Assembly (NCBI GenBank): GCA_964035575.1 | Contig: OZ037846.1 | Coordinates: forward strand, 868,001-932,000 | Origin: Rhynchopus sp. YZ270_cl-10 | Lineage: Eukaryota | DNA: 64,000 bases | Direction of reading: 5' to 3' | Part shown: one piece after another, positions 11,169 through 22,944 of the stretch | Layout of the letters: every line of letters starts with the position of its first letter | Position numbering within the stretch: position 1 is the stretch's first letter | The notes under the pieces: model-generated | What the model saw: only the letters and a program-made list of their open reading frames with translations | What the model was told of the DNA's origin: nothing | Database searches by the model: none | Made by a program: the position numbers and the translations under genes

Positions 11169-12000
11169 TTACGATTACGGTAATAAAAATGTGCTTCACT
11201 GTAAATACGGTTTCGTCTGCGGTGACGTAAAGTGTTTAGTTTTGTGGATCACAGTCTAGGGTACACTAATACAACCAAGTTTTCAAAAAAAATAAAAGCA
11301 ACTAAAGAACATCACATCAGCTTAGTAGTGAATCCTTTGCCAAGGATTTCTTATTTTAGATGGATGCTATCAACAACAACGCCTGCATAAAGAAGGGGGG
11401 TATTTCATTATTTGTTAATGTTGGGTGCCTGGGGAGGCTATCACGGTGCCGTGCCTTTTGCATGTTGTACCATTCACAACTCTCATGTTATTTAGCCTGT
11501 TACCAGTCACCATGTGCTATTTCCTCCCCGGGACTCTATCAAACAGTACTTCCGTGCTGTCTTTTGCTGTATACCTTTACACTGCATACCTCGCTGTTCT
11601 CCCTTTTTTGTGTCCTGCTGAGTGCTGGTGCTTTGTTCTTTCTGTTCTTTCTGACCGGTCGTTTGTAGTAGCAGCAGTAGGGATTTGTGAAGAGTCAATA
11701 GTTGCACATCAATAAAAGGATTTTTTTTTCATGACCAAAATTCTGGTAAGAATGTTAAATATACCCAGGCGGGGCTGAGGCGTACTTAAACGTAAGTAAT
11801 CCCGAGTACGCCTCAGGCACGCCTCAGATATATTTTCCAGATATGAGTATTTTCGATAAATACTCAGCCACGTCTGAGTATTTATTTTTATTCAGTTTGC
11901 ACTTTCAACTTCACTTTATTTTCAGGCCTTAGCAATGCCGTTTCGGCCTCGTTGCATTGTATGGTTTTACACTAGTGTTACACGTCTCCCAAAATACCCC

Positions 12001-12263
12001 AGGGGGAGAAAAACAATTGAACAAACTAAACAGAACCAAAAAAGGGGGAATTTAAAAACAAAAAACAAAAAAATCTTGATCGTTGTGATGCTCACAGTCG
12101 CGGCACCTACCTTGTCTTTGTATTGTGTGTTGGCAAAAGGCAGACTGCTGAGGATACGTATCCACTCGAGGCGCGAAGTCTGTTGTGCTCATCTCTGATT
12201 GTGGCGGTGTTTTGCACCTCACAACACACTAATAGGATGGTGGACGTCATGCCAAATGAAGCT
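12001..12263 (+). repeat. Dispersed repeat, copy 2 (see 7022-7254)
   Basis: Direct sequence match; both copies translate to the same spurious peptide RQTAEDTYPLEARSLLCSS. Confidence 0.85.
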
Positions 12264-12685
12264 ACGTTACCCCTTAGATACCCCCTTTGCTGCATACCTC
12301 GCTCCCTTTTTCGTGGCCAACTTTACTTTTTTTTTTTGTTGGGCCGCTGTTATGGATGAACTCCCCTCTGCTCCTGACCCTCTTCACTTGAGCACGCTCC
12401 GTCCGTCTGATACGAACTATTGTAATTGGTACCCCAGAAATAAAAAATACAAAGTACGCAACAACTACACACTCAGTACGCACAAAGTACGCAATACAGG
12501 GCATTCCTGTATTTTTTTTTGTGTGCACAAAGTGCGCAACACGCACGCAATATGGGGTCGTCAGGAGCACCAGTAATACTCTTTTTTAGAACCCAAACCT
12601 CCTCCCCTCCCTCTCTCTCTCGACCCTTCCTTCCAGACACACCCCCTCCTCCTCCTCCTCCCTCCCCACTCCGCATTTTTTCACA

Positions 12686-14446
12686 ATGCAAGGAAAAACC
12701 CGGGTTCTCACCATTGGTCTTGGTGTGACGGGACTTGCAGGGGGAGTCGCGTACTGGATGGGAAGCGCGAATGTGCAGGAGGAGGAGAAGAAGTGGCTCA
12801 TCCCGAGACGCGACTATGACGATGTGAAGGCTGAGGCGGCCTACGGAAGCAGGTACACTTTTGTGTTTGACATGGACGAGACGTTGTTGTGCACGACGTT
12901 TGATGGAGAGAACTCAGGGAAGGTGGCTGTCCGCTCCTTCGCGGCGGATCTGCTCAGGTCGACCGCACCGTTAGGAGAAATGATCCTGTGGACGGCAGGC
13001 ACAGAAGGCTACGCAAAGATCGCGTTAAAGCTCATCGGGCCTGAGAGCGACCTCTTCCACCACCGCATCTTCCGCAACCGTCTCTGGTGGAATGAAATGG
13101 GGTCGAACACGAAGCCCCTGGCACACCTTGAGCGCAACAAGGACTACACCCTCATTGTGGACAACCACACCACAGTTGTCTCCGCAGATGATACAGAAAA
13201 TGCGGTACGTCAAATATATTTTACCGACCCTCCCCCGTGAAATTGTCCCCCCCCCAAAAACCGGTATTTTGCCCCGACGGACAATTTCAAGGCAGGGGGG
13301 GACAATTTCAAGGGAGTCGCGGGGACAACCTTTGCTCTCCCTTCTTCACACCAAAACGGCCACCCCCCTACAGTACGAGAAATTGTCCCCCCTTTTTTCC
13401 GTACGTGATATTGTCCCCCTCACTTTTCCCCCCAGGGGGGACAATTTCAAGGGGGTCGGAGGGGGGGACAATTTCACGGGGGAGGGTCGGTATAAAAAAT
13501 AAAATTCTACCAAGTTGGCAAAGGGTGCGTTTTTGCACAGCGAAAAAAAACGTTGCAGAATGCAAACGACGAAAAATAGATTGTAGGGCTGCATGGTTGG
13601 GGGTCTACCCACGGTACACCCGGTTATTGTACTAGGTGCACTGTTCATGAGAGGGTTGTATTTTATGTCAACTTTTCTTTGCTTTTTTAATTTACACCCC
13701 CCCTTTTTTATCTCTTCGTTGAGTCGTTGTCGGGTCACGACAGCAGTACACACAAAGAGACGGTAAACAACCACATCAACCACATCAACCACATCAACCA
13801 CATCAACCACATCAACCACATCAACCACATCAACCACATCAACCACATCAACCACATCAACCACATCAACCACATCAACCACATCAACCACATCAACCAC
13901 ATCAACAACACAGATAGTCGTATCCGACTTCTATGATGACAAATACGACGCAGAGCTGCGTGATGTCAAGACCTTGATACAAGAACTGCACGCGAGGTAT
14001 ATTGAAACCACAAACCCATCACCGTCTGATCCTCTCTTTTCTAAACATGTTAGAAAGAGTGCAAAAAAGACAAAAAAAACCCCCCTTTTTTTTGTGGGTT
14101 ATCGCCCGCCAAAACCGCGTTTTGTTTGCATCTTCCAGCTTACCTACACACATTGATTTTTGTTCATTGTGTACTCACCTACGGCAATAAAAAGACCACT
14201 AAAGGCTAAAGAGAGACATTGCTGTCAAATGTAACCCACATATATTGGGTAATGTTCTTAGGAGCCACCTACCCCGCTTTTTCAAAAAAGGAAAGGGAAA
14301 AAACACTCACACCACTTACACATTTCAGCGGCAAAACTGTGCCACAGTTCTTGAAGGAGAAGGTTGCTGAGGGGAGGCTTGAGAGACTGCCGTCAGGCTA
14401 CATTCACACTTATCCTAGTGTTAAGCGTTCGTTCTTGTGGTTCTGA
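12686..14446 (+). CDS. NIF/FCP1-SCP-family HAD phosphatase (CTD small phosphatase/Tim50-like) with N-terminal hydrophobic anchor; 3 exons: 12686-13204, 13914-13996, 14329-14446
   Basis: FVFDMDETL (DxDxT), LWTAGTEGYA, KPLAHLER..TLIVDN; the introns (gtacgt..cacag, gtatat..ttcag) join in frame to give ENA|IVVSDFYDDKYDAELRDVKTLIQELHA|SGKTVPQFL. Confidence 0.85.
13224..13490. mobile_element. Tc1/mariner-like MITE in intron 1 of the phosphatase gene
   Basis: TIR ccgaccctcccccgtgaaattgtccccccc and its exact reverse complement; TA on both flanks. Confidence 0.85.
13768..13906 (+). repeat. 9-bp tandem repeat (caaccacat) x about 15, directly upstream of a splice acceptor
   Basis: Perfect tandem array ending at ...aacacag|. 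Confidence 0.95.
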
Positions 14447-16317
14447 GACAGAGAGAGAGAGAGGGAGGGAGGGAGGGTGAGTTGTCACAGCAGATAGGTG
14501 ATACGCACTGAAGGGAGTGGAGAGGGAGGGGCGGGTGGGAGGGGGTCATGTGACCCCGAACGAACTTCAAAAAAAAAAAAAAAAAAAAAAAAAAAAGACA
14601 GTGGAGATTGCGCCAACTGTGTCAACACTACCCGAGGCAACTACACTACTCCAACAGTTTATCAAAATAAAACATAAAGAAAAGCTGCCGCCCAATCGCG
14701 ACTGGACGACCGCCATGAGCAGTGCATGGAGTAACTCAGGCATCACTTAGACGCGTGTAGTATAGTGGAGTTCATCTTCGGGCGTCTACACTAAAACAAC
14801 CAAGTTTTCAAGAAAATGGGATACGATCATAGCCGTTTTTCTCTTTCCTCGTTTTTTATTTTATTTCAGATTGTCTCTCTGTTATGGATCTTGTGAAGAA
14901 GGAAAAAAGTGTGGCTGCTGTGCCATGATGGTAGTATAAAATCAAACAGAAAAAAAATTCTGATGTTGTGTGCACTGCTTTTTTAGGGGTTTTTTTTTTA
15001 TTTTTGTTTAAAATAACACCGACATTACTCTCAAAGCTCGTTTTTCATTCAACTAATTAAAAAAGCAACAACAGTGTACTAACAAAACCCACCTCAGGCG
15101 GCTATGTCAAATTTCTTTCTTCGATTTTTTTTATTTGCGTATGAAATAATTTACTTGTATCAAGTTGAAGGGAACGACAAAAAAATATACCATTCTTTTT
15201 CCCCCCCTTGGATAGTGAAGACTGTATGGCAGTTGCACTACACCAATTTTTTCTTCTCCCTCTATATCAGTCCTTATGAAGTGCTCTCTGGGGGTTCGAT
15301 AGCCCCGCGGAGAAGCAGTGACCTGCGTCCGCCGATGAACGGTGAGGCGTTTTTGCACTTTCAACTTCTCTTTATTTTTTCTTTTTTTCTTCCTCCCCCC
15401 CCACATCAGTCCATATAGATTGCTGTCCTATGGGCTTCGATGTTTGCTTGTGAGTGCAGGGGGGGGCGTGCGATGCTAGCCCTTTCAAAAAAAACAAAAA
15501 AAAACAGAAAAAGGTATCATTTTGAGTACCGACATCGTACCCCTTATGGGGGAGGTTGGTTGTAGATGCAACTAGGAGTGAACAGACACCCCTAATAAAG
15601 AAGACCGTGCAGTGTGGTGAAAACTGTCATATTTTAGTTGGGTTGGAGTTGTGTATCGTCGTGAGTTGTGTGTGTGTGTTTGAAAACTGATAGGGGTAAT
15701 TCTTGCGCAGAATGTGGCCCCAAGGTGTGTGTTGTGTGTGCATTGGGTTTATTTATCAGTGTTCTGGGCAGTTCCTAAGAGCCGACCTATGTCAGGTGCC
15801 GTTTGTATCTGCCGAATGTATGTTTTGAAAAAGCAGGTGTGGGAGGAAGATTCTTCCCGAGCAGTATATTACTCAGTGTGTGTGCATCTGTGCGCCGTCT
15901 CTTGGTGTTCTGTCAACAACGTTTCCCCCCCTCCTGATACTCTAATGTGCATACAAGTCAAATCCGTCTTTCAAGATCTCCCCCTCCCCCTTTTTTTGGC
16001 ACGCTGTCACAGGGGGCTTTGCATTTCACGTCTCATTTTTCTCTTTCTAAGCTCAGTGGTCTCCTCCTCCTCCCTCCCCCTAAACAACCACACCCAACCC
16101 CTAGGCAACACAGACCACACACAACACACACCTCTCCAACGCACTTTAGTAGAAGGCACTGCGCAAAAGAGGAGGGAGGTTCCTGGCCTTGAGGGGAGGA
16201 GGGGATAGGCTTGCGAATAGGGTAGGGGCGGTAGAGGCGGGAGAGCGTGAGGCAGAGAAAGAACAGAGAGAGAGAGAGAGAGAGAGAGAGCGGGGGGGTA
16301 AAAGGCAAGCGAACACA

Positions 16318-17943
16318 ATGCATCACAGCCTGCTGCTGTTTTCCGGGATTGTCGTTGGGTGCCTGTTGCTGCTGGGGGGTGCTGATGCACAGCTTGTCTG
16401 TCCCGATGCCCCAGAGTATGTACATTGAGTGTTTCCTGATTCAAAAAAGTGAACAATCTATCAAATTCAATTTGACAATGTCCTTCCCCCAGCTTTTTCA
16501 TAAAACCCCGTTTACAAAAAAAAAGTGGCAGGACTGGATACAGTTCAACCAAAATGTTTGATCTGTCTTCACGTTTCTTTTTCTTTTGATGCTCCCCCTC
16601 TGTTAGGTTATGCATGAAGGTAGTGTTCGAGCTCGTTGTCCTTTTTTTTAAAATGGCTGCGGTCAACGAAAAAAGACCTAGTAGTAGAGTAGTAAGGACA
16701 GATCAGTTGGTATAATGTTATGTTTCGTTTTTATTTCTGACATTCTCCTACTGCAAAGCGTACTTCCTGCTATTTGCTCTCTTTTAAGGATCCTGTGAAG
16801 AAAAACCGTGGCTTGCTATCTAGTGATAGTAGTCTATAATCAAGCAAACAGTATTGTTGTGTATGAAGGTCTACAGGTGGTAGGCCGTCTTTTTAGCGAA
16901 CGCTAGCTGCCAAGGGTTTCTCTTCATAGTATTATGCCAAGAGGAATGTTGTGCGGTGAACAAATGTCCTTTTATTTGCTTATGTGTGTCTCTACTCACC
17001 TATCCACCCAAACAGCCAAATGGCAGTCTGTCCATTCGCACTCTGGAAGAACGGAAGTGTCGCAAACCAGCGCAATGTATGTGTTCCAAATGTGTTTTTT
17101 TTTTTGATAAAACAACTTGTTGTCAATTCTAAAAAGATTGGAGGCAGCGCTGCAGGGCAAACAAAACGGATTGAAAAAAACAGAAGCTTGCTTGTTTTCT
17201 TTGAGTACTCAATTAACCACAACAACCGTACTTCAGTTTAACACATTTTTTCACCTTTTTGTTTTCCCGGCTTTGAGCGCACAAACAAAAGACCCGATCT
17301 TTTTTTTTGTAGGCCGCAGAGTACTTTGTGCTTTCATCTGGAGGGCTGGCATCGTACGTGGGCCATTCGGAGGTGCTTGCATCAATAACCACAGATTTTT
17401 TTTTAAATTTCCATCGATAGGCTCATCTTAGTCGTCTAAAAATTAAACAAAAGTTTCTTTCTCTTCTTTTACCTTCCACCACAGTGCTACGAATGCAGGT
17501 GGTGTCCCTTCCGCAAGCTGACCTGCTGCGAGAAAGACGACGAACTAGAACTTCTCAAATCGATCAATGTGTCGGGCTCCGAGGACTGGAGCTGCTTCAT
17601 CACCATTGCGCACTTCCAGCAGTGTGGACGGTGTTCTCCGGACAGCAGCAACTACACTATCTACGGTGACGAGGCAGCGCGGTACTTGGAGTATGTGCCA
17701 CACCCCGAATGTCTTGCCATCAGTGTGTGCGAGGAAGCATGCGGGTACATATACAAGCAGTGCAAGAACACAGAGCGCATCAACGACGGTGGCCCCGTGA
17801 TCAACAAGGCAGCGTACCCCACCAAGGACGCCTTCTGTTCGCTGGCACGTCAAAGGGAGGCCATGGGGCTGCCGTGCTACAGCGCAGGGTCTGCTCTCGC
17901 CCCCTCCCTCCTCCTCCTCCTTGCACTGCTCTTTGTTATATGA
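16318..17943 (+). CDS. Secreted/GPI-anchored cysteine-rich protein resembling the folate-receptor/riboflavin-binding/NPC1-N fold; 3 exons: 16318-16415, 17016-17076, 17485-17943
   Basis: Signal peptide MHHSLLLFSGIVVGCLLLLGGADA; gtatgt donors and cag acceptors with consistent phases; Cys pattern C..WC....TCC....C....C.RCSP....VC...C...Y..CK; hydrophobic GPI-type tail SAGSALAPSLLLLLALLFVI. Confidence 0.8.
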
Positions 17944-19018
17944 AAGGGGGGGAAAGGGGGGGTTGGTGATTTTCAAAAGTAGAGTTGACTAGATGGAAAT
18001 GAGAGAAAACTAAACATAACATTATACCAACTGATCTGTCCTTACTACTCTACTACTATGTCTTTTTTCGTTGACCGCAGCCATTTAGGCTCTTTGCCTA
18101 TGACGCACATGATAATGGATGAGGGGAGGATTCAAAAGGAAAAAGCGTAAAGACAGATCTAACGTTGTTTTTAAATATGTTTAGTTTCCAATCACACTTC
18201 GTGTGTGCAAAAAAAAAAAGCATAACGAAAGTATAGTGGACACTAATACAGCCAAGTTTTCAAAAAAAAAAAAACAATCGAAGTGAAGGAAAGATGGTGT
18301 ACCATTTTTTTGTTAGTTTTTTGAGAGGAAAAAATTATAACGGAGTTATTTTTCAGTAATGACGTTTCCAGATTTCCAGGGGGGGAAGGTTTTTTTTGGT
18401 GAGAAAAGCGTTGGGTGAGAAATGAAAGTTAGGTGAGAAAGCGTTGTAGCACATAGAGTATAATGGCGTTCTTTCCCCCCATAGCCACGCAGCTAGAGAG
18501 GGCTGTGTACAAAAGGGGGGGTTTTTTTGGGGGTGACTGTTGTGCAGAATTAATGCAATAATATGCTTTGTGTTCCCTTTTGGGAGGTCAATTCAAAAAA
18601 ATAAAAAAATGTTGTTTGCAAAAAGCGACTATTTTATGCATTTGCTATAGGTGCTGGCCATACTATGATTGGTGGAAAAATAGTGGCGGGTGATTGATTC
18701 CCTTTGTTTTCATATTTAGGGGGTGCCCTCACGTACGTTAAAAAAAATGTGATGTGTGATGGCGTTATTGTTGCTTACCTCCCCCATCAGGTGGGGGAGG
18801 GGAGTGTTCAGATCCGTTCCTATTCGTCTTAATCTTTATTTATTTATTGTCTTTTTTCCTTTACATTCTCCCCAGCAAAACACCCCCTGAGGGTGTTACC
18901 ATACTCAACCCGCAAAACTGATTATTGCAACAAAACAACGACCCCTTTTTACACCCTATCTCCTCTCCCCTTTCTGGACCCAATTTTATGTGTTTCAACT
19001 CACCCACAGAGGGGACCC

Positions 19019-21568
19019 ATGGAAGTGTCGAATGTGCAGGTGTTGTTAGTGTTGTTCGTGGTGTTGTGTGGTAGTGGGGGTGGTGGTGGTGGTGTGTCAG
19101 CACAGCCCTGCTGGATGGGTGTGCAGGCAGTGTCCTGCTCAGGAGGTGACTGCTGCGACCCGCGCCTCACGCTCTACTGCAGCAACGGGCGGCGCTGCTG
19201 CGGCTGTGGCCAGCCGCTATGTACATGTGATGCGCCCATGCCCGCAACACCAGCGCCACCCACCCCTTCGCCACCAACACCGGCCCCGCCTACTCCAGCG
19301 CCACCGACGCTGCCGCCGTCTACTCCAGCGCCGCCGACACCGGCACCCCCAACGCCAGCACCACCCACCCCTTCGCCACCGACACCTGTACCCCCAACAC
19401 CGGCGCCACCGACTCCGGCACCAGAGACCCCAGCGCCAGACACGCCAGCGCCACAAACACCAGCCCCGCCCACACCAGCGCCTGCGACAGTGGCACCACA
19501 GACGCCAGCGCCACTGACGCCGGTTCCAGAAACGCCAGCGCCGCCGACGCCGTCGCCACAAACGCCAGTGCCTCTGACGCCAGCACCACCGACGTTAGTG
19601 CCACCCACACCGGCACCACCAACACCAGTGCCACCGACGCCAGCTCCGGAGACGCCAGCGCCACCGACACCGTCGCCTGTGGTGTTTGTGCCACCAACAC
19701 CAGCGCCACAGACGCCCGCACCACGAACGCCAGTGCCTGTGACACCGGCACCACCGACGCTAGCACCACCGACACTGACACCGCAGACATCGGCACCTGC
19801 GACCCTACCACCACCCACACCACCTGCCACACCCGCACCTGTGCCCCCAACCCCAGCACCTCCGACCCTGGCACCTGCCACACTCCCACCACCACCACCA
19901 CCAGCACCCCCTGCGACCGCCTCGCCCACCACCCCCTTCGCCACCTCCGCACCCTTGGGCCTACCCCCCGACGCCAAGGACACCCTCGACACTGCCGGCA
20001 CCGCTGCCGGCGCTGCGGGCATGACCTCCCTGCTGTCGGGGTCTGCTGCTGCTGCAGGCTCTGTGGGTCAGCTGGTTCTGCTGAAAGACTTTGGGTGCAG
20101 GATGGAAGACGTGGATGTGGGGGGGGCCTCCTTGGACTGGGAGTTCCACCCTACACAGACCGCCTTTGGCACAAGCCGCGCCCGCTACATGCTTGCCGCC
20201 GCTGTTGTCAACCCCCTTCTTGTTCTTGGCGTCTTCCTCACTCTCAGCGGCGTTGCCACCTTGCTTGCACACCTCACTTCCACCCCCTTACCGCGCGCTA
20301 TGGGGCAGACCAAGACCCCTGGTCTGGTCTACATCCCGTTTGTCTTTCTCCTCCAGGGCACATCCCTTGTTAGCGCACAGCTCACCTTCAACACCCTCAA
20401 CACCGGTCTTGACGCAGGCATCTTGGGCGCGGGAGTGCTCCTCTGCTGCCTCTGTGCACCTGGCATGGTCTATTGGAAAGTGGTGCGTCGCGTCGCTACA
20501 CATGCTATAGCTTTACCTGACCCACGTCTTTTCAACAATCATGGACATACAGTGTCAACGCTAGGTGGATGGCAGCGGCGGCTTTATGTATTTTCCTTTG
20601 GGGATACGATATGGGTTTCGAACTTAGGGACGGAAGGGCGTAGGAACTACTTTGCGGAAAGGCATGGGGTTGTGTTTGAGTCGTTGCGACCTGGGTGTAG
20701 TTGGTGGGTTTTGGTCGATGTTGCGACCATTCTTGGTCTTAGTTTGTTTAGTGCGTGGCCGCCACAGGGCCCTGCTACCTGCAATATCCGAAATTTTTGC
20801 ATCGCCGCGCTTCTTCTCGCCAACCTCCTTCTCCTTCTTTTCATTAAACCGTACTCCGCAATGGTAGATCACATCGTCGCAGTACTTCTCTCTGCAATGA
20901 TGACTGTCGCTGTTCTTTTTATGTCCATAGCAATTGCACTGTCCCAACCGAACGCCCCGTCACCATGGATGCTCTCTACTGCACACTACTTATTGGTCAT
21001 ATCAGCGTTTTTATTGCTCATCAAATGTGTCTGGGATTTGGTATCCTATGGGTTTGATATGTGGACTGCAAGGCGTTCGGGGTTGAGGGCACAGCTTCGA
21101 AATGAACACAACACCGTTCTCCTCTCCGAAACAACCTGGGAGGAAGGGGACGAAGCGCTGCCTTCTCCCCTTTTTCACCCTCCACCTCCCGCAGATACAC
21201 CATCAGATCATCTTTCGAAATCCACCATTTTGCATACCCAATCCGCATGTTACACCCTCGAAGCAAATTCGCCAAAAATCAATAAAGTGGATGCCATGCG
21301 AGGAAGAGGTGCAGGGGTCCTAAAATTGAGCACCTCCCACCGAGAAGGGGGTGGCTTGCGATATGAGGAGCTGACTGCGATGGGTTGGGGGGAGGAGCGA
21401 GGCTATGGGGGGTCTAGTAAGGCTGCTCTAGGAGGGGAAGGTGTGGGGGACGTGGATGGGGAAAAAGAAGGTGCATGGGGGGAAGACTGCTCGCAATGGA
21501 GTAGGAGTATGGTGTCGAGGCAGGCGAATTTTGAGCGATCGTGGCAGTCAGAGTACGCTGTGATTTAG
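19019..21568 (+). CDS. Cell-surface protein: signal peptide, small Cys-rich domain, long TPAP(P) mucin-like stalk, multi-pass (about 7) TM domain, cytosolic tail
   Basis: Likely start MEVSNVQ at 19019; about 240 aa of PPTPA repeats; several hydrophobic helices after LDWEFHPT. Confidence 0.85.
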   Translation: MEVSNVQVLLVLFVVLCGSGGGGGGVSAQPCWMGVQAVSCSGGDCCDPRLTLYCSNGRRCCGCGQPLCTCDAPMPATPAPPTPSPPTPAPPTPAPPTLPPSTPAPPTPAPPTPAPPTPSPPTPVPPTPAPPTPAPETPAPDTPAPQTPAPPTPAPATVAPQTPAPLTPVPETPAPPTPSPQTPVPLTPAPPTLVPPTPAPPTPVPPTPAPETPAPPTPSPVVFVPPTPAPQTPAPRTPVPVTPAPPTLAPPTLTPQTSAPATLPPPTPPATPAPVPPTPAPPTLAPATLPPPPPPAPPATASPTTPFATSAPLGLPPDAKDTLDTAGTAAGAAGMTSLLSGSAAAAGSVGQLVLLKDFGCRMEDVDVGGASLDWEFHPTQTAFGTSRARYMLAAAVVNPLLVLGVFLTLSGVATLLAHLTSTPLPRAMGQTKTPGLVYIPFVFLLQGTSLVSAQLTFNTLNTGLDAGILGAGVLLCCLCAPGMVYWKVVRRVATHAIALPDPRLFNNHGHTVSTLGGWQRRLYVFSFGDTIWVSNLGTEGRRNYFAERHGVVFESLRPGCSWWVLVDVATILGLSLFSAWPPQGPATCNIRNFCIAALLLANLLLLLFIKPYSAMVDHIVAVLLSAMMTVAVLFMSIAIALSQPNAPSPWMLSTAHYLLVISAFLLLIKCVWDLVSYGFDMWTARRSGLRAQLRNEHNTVLLSETTWEEGDEALPSPLFHPPPPADTPSDHLSKSTILHTQSACYTLEANSPKINKVDAMRGRGAGVLKLSTSHREGGGLRYEELTAMGWGEERGYGGSSKAALGGEGVGDVDGEKEGAWGEDCSQWSRSMVSRQANFERSWQSEYAVI

Positions 21569-22398
21569 AGAAGGTGGTCGGAGAGAGTGGTTGCAAGGGA
21601 GTGAACCATTGGGTGTGTTTGTTTATAGTAACACAACAAAACAATGAAATAGAAAGCATTTTTTGAACACACTTTTTTTGCGGTTCTGGGGGGGGACGAA
21701 ACCTGCAGAGCCACGCCTCACCAAAAAAAAAAAACAGGTCGAGGTGCTGTGTGTTTCACAATCTCTCTCCTATAGGGTTTTATCGTGTGATAAGTGTTAC
21801 GTTTTTATTTTTACAACCGGTCATTGTACCAAAGGTACGCTGTTCATGAGAGGGCTTTGTATTTCAACTCTACCTTTTTTTGGTTGCATCTTTGAATTTG
21901 TTGTGCAAGATAGAAGTACTCCCCCCCGCAATTTTGATATACGGTGACTAAGCGCGAGAGGCTTAGGGTCATCTTATAAACTTTTTTTTTTTTATTTTCG
22001 CTGCGCTTTTACATTTTTATCAGATTCTATCACTCAAAAAACCCCCCCTTTCTCATACAATAGACTCATCATACCATCCAGCGACACTTGCCTTGAGCGA
22101 CACCCTGTGGTTTTCTTTAGGGAATGTTGCTGTTTCTTGGTGTTGTTGTTCTCTTTCAAGATGTAGGTAGCACATTCATCTTACAAGTTTCCTTTTTCTT
22201 TTCTCTTTTTGGAAACATTTTTTCCCACACTACCTCTCTTTTCCTTTCGGTGCATTAATGTTATCTGTGATTGTTGCTTTGTTCTTTACGTTCTTACGAT
22301 CTGTTTCTTTTAAATTAATACGCGATCTGAATATTATCTCAGTGATGTGTGCATGTTTTCCCTTCCAGCAGAAAGCAAAATCACAATTTGTGGATACA

Positions 22399-22598
22399 CA
22401 CGATGGAGTCCGCCCGGTTTGGAGTCAGTCAAAAACCGGACTCACCCCCTGAGTCCGGTTTTACGGGCACAAAGCAAACATAACAAAAAACTTCATAAAA
22501 AACCCATTCACACCCCCTGAGTCCGACAGCGGACCCAAGGGGGTCCGACTAGGAGTCTACCCCGTAGGGTCCGCTTTTTTCGGGTGGACTCCATCGTG
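22399..22598. mobile_element. CAC-ended MITE (CACTA/EnSpm-like, 2-bp TSD)
   Basis: TIR cacgatggagtcc / ggactccatcgtg; CA duplicated on both sides. Confidence 0.75.
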
Positions 22599-22715
22599 CA
22601 CAAAATAAAAAGGAAAAAGAAGGGAAAAGAAACATCGCATACGCGCATACGCAACAAACAAAACAGTCAAACAGATGGTGGAGCACATCCTCGGGTGATG
22701 CACCACGTTTATATA

Positions 22716-22944
22716 CACGACGGTGAAGTATAGTACATTACAAGTGAAGTTACATGTAACGTTACAAGTGAAAAACCGTTACAAGTGAGTTACAAGTGAG
22801 TTACAAGTGGGATACATGAATTACAGGCAAAATCAGGTTGTAACTGGTGGGTTACAAGTGAGTTACAAGTGAGTTACATGTAACAAAAGTTACATGTAAC
22901 TCACTTGTAACTCCACTTGTAACACCCGTTACTTCACCGTCGTG
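22716..22944. mobile_element. CAC-ended MITE with internal gttacaagtga sub-repeats
   Basis: TIR cacgacggtgaagta / tacttcaccgtcgtg; TA flanks. Confidence 0.8.

Noticed and set aside
13346..13936. ORFs with (VDV)n / (NHI)n repeats
   Set aside because: Translation of an intronic 9-bp tandem repeat
15253..15318. tRNA-like segment (ggggttcgatagcccc with cttctcc/ggagaag pairing)
   Set aside because: No convincing D or anticodon arms and the T-loop is irregular; at most a relic. tRNAscan-SE would settle it
19174..20022. Gly/Ala/Val-rich minus-strand ORFs
   Set aside because: Antisense shadows of the TPAP repeat gene
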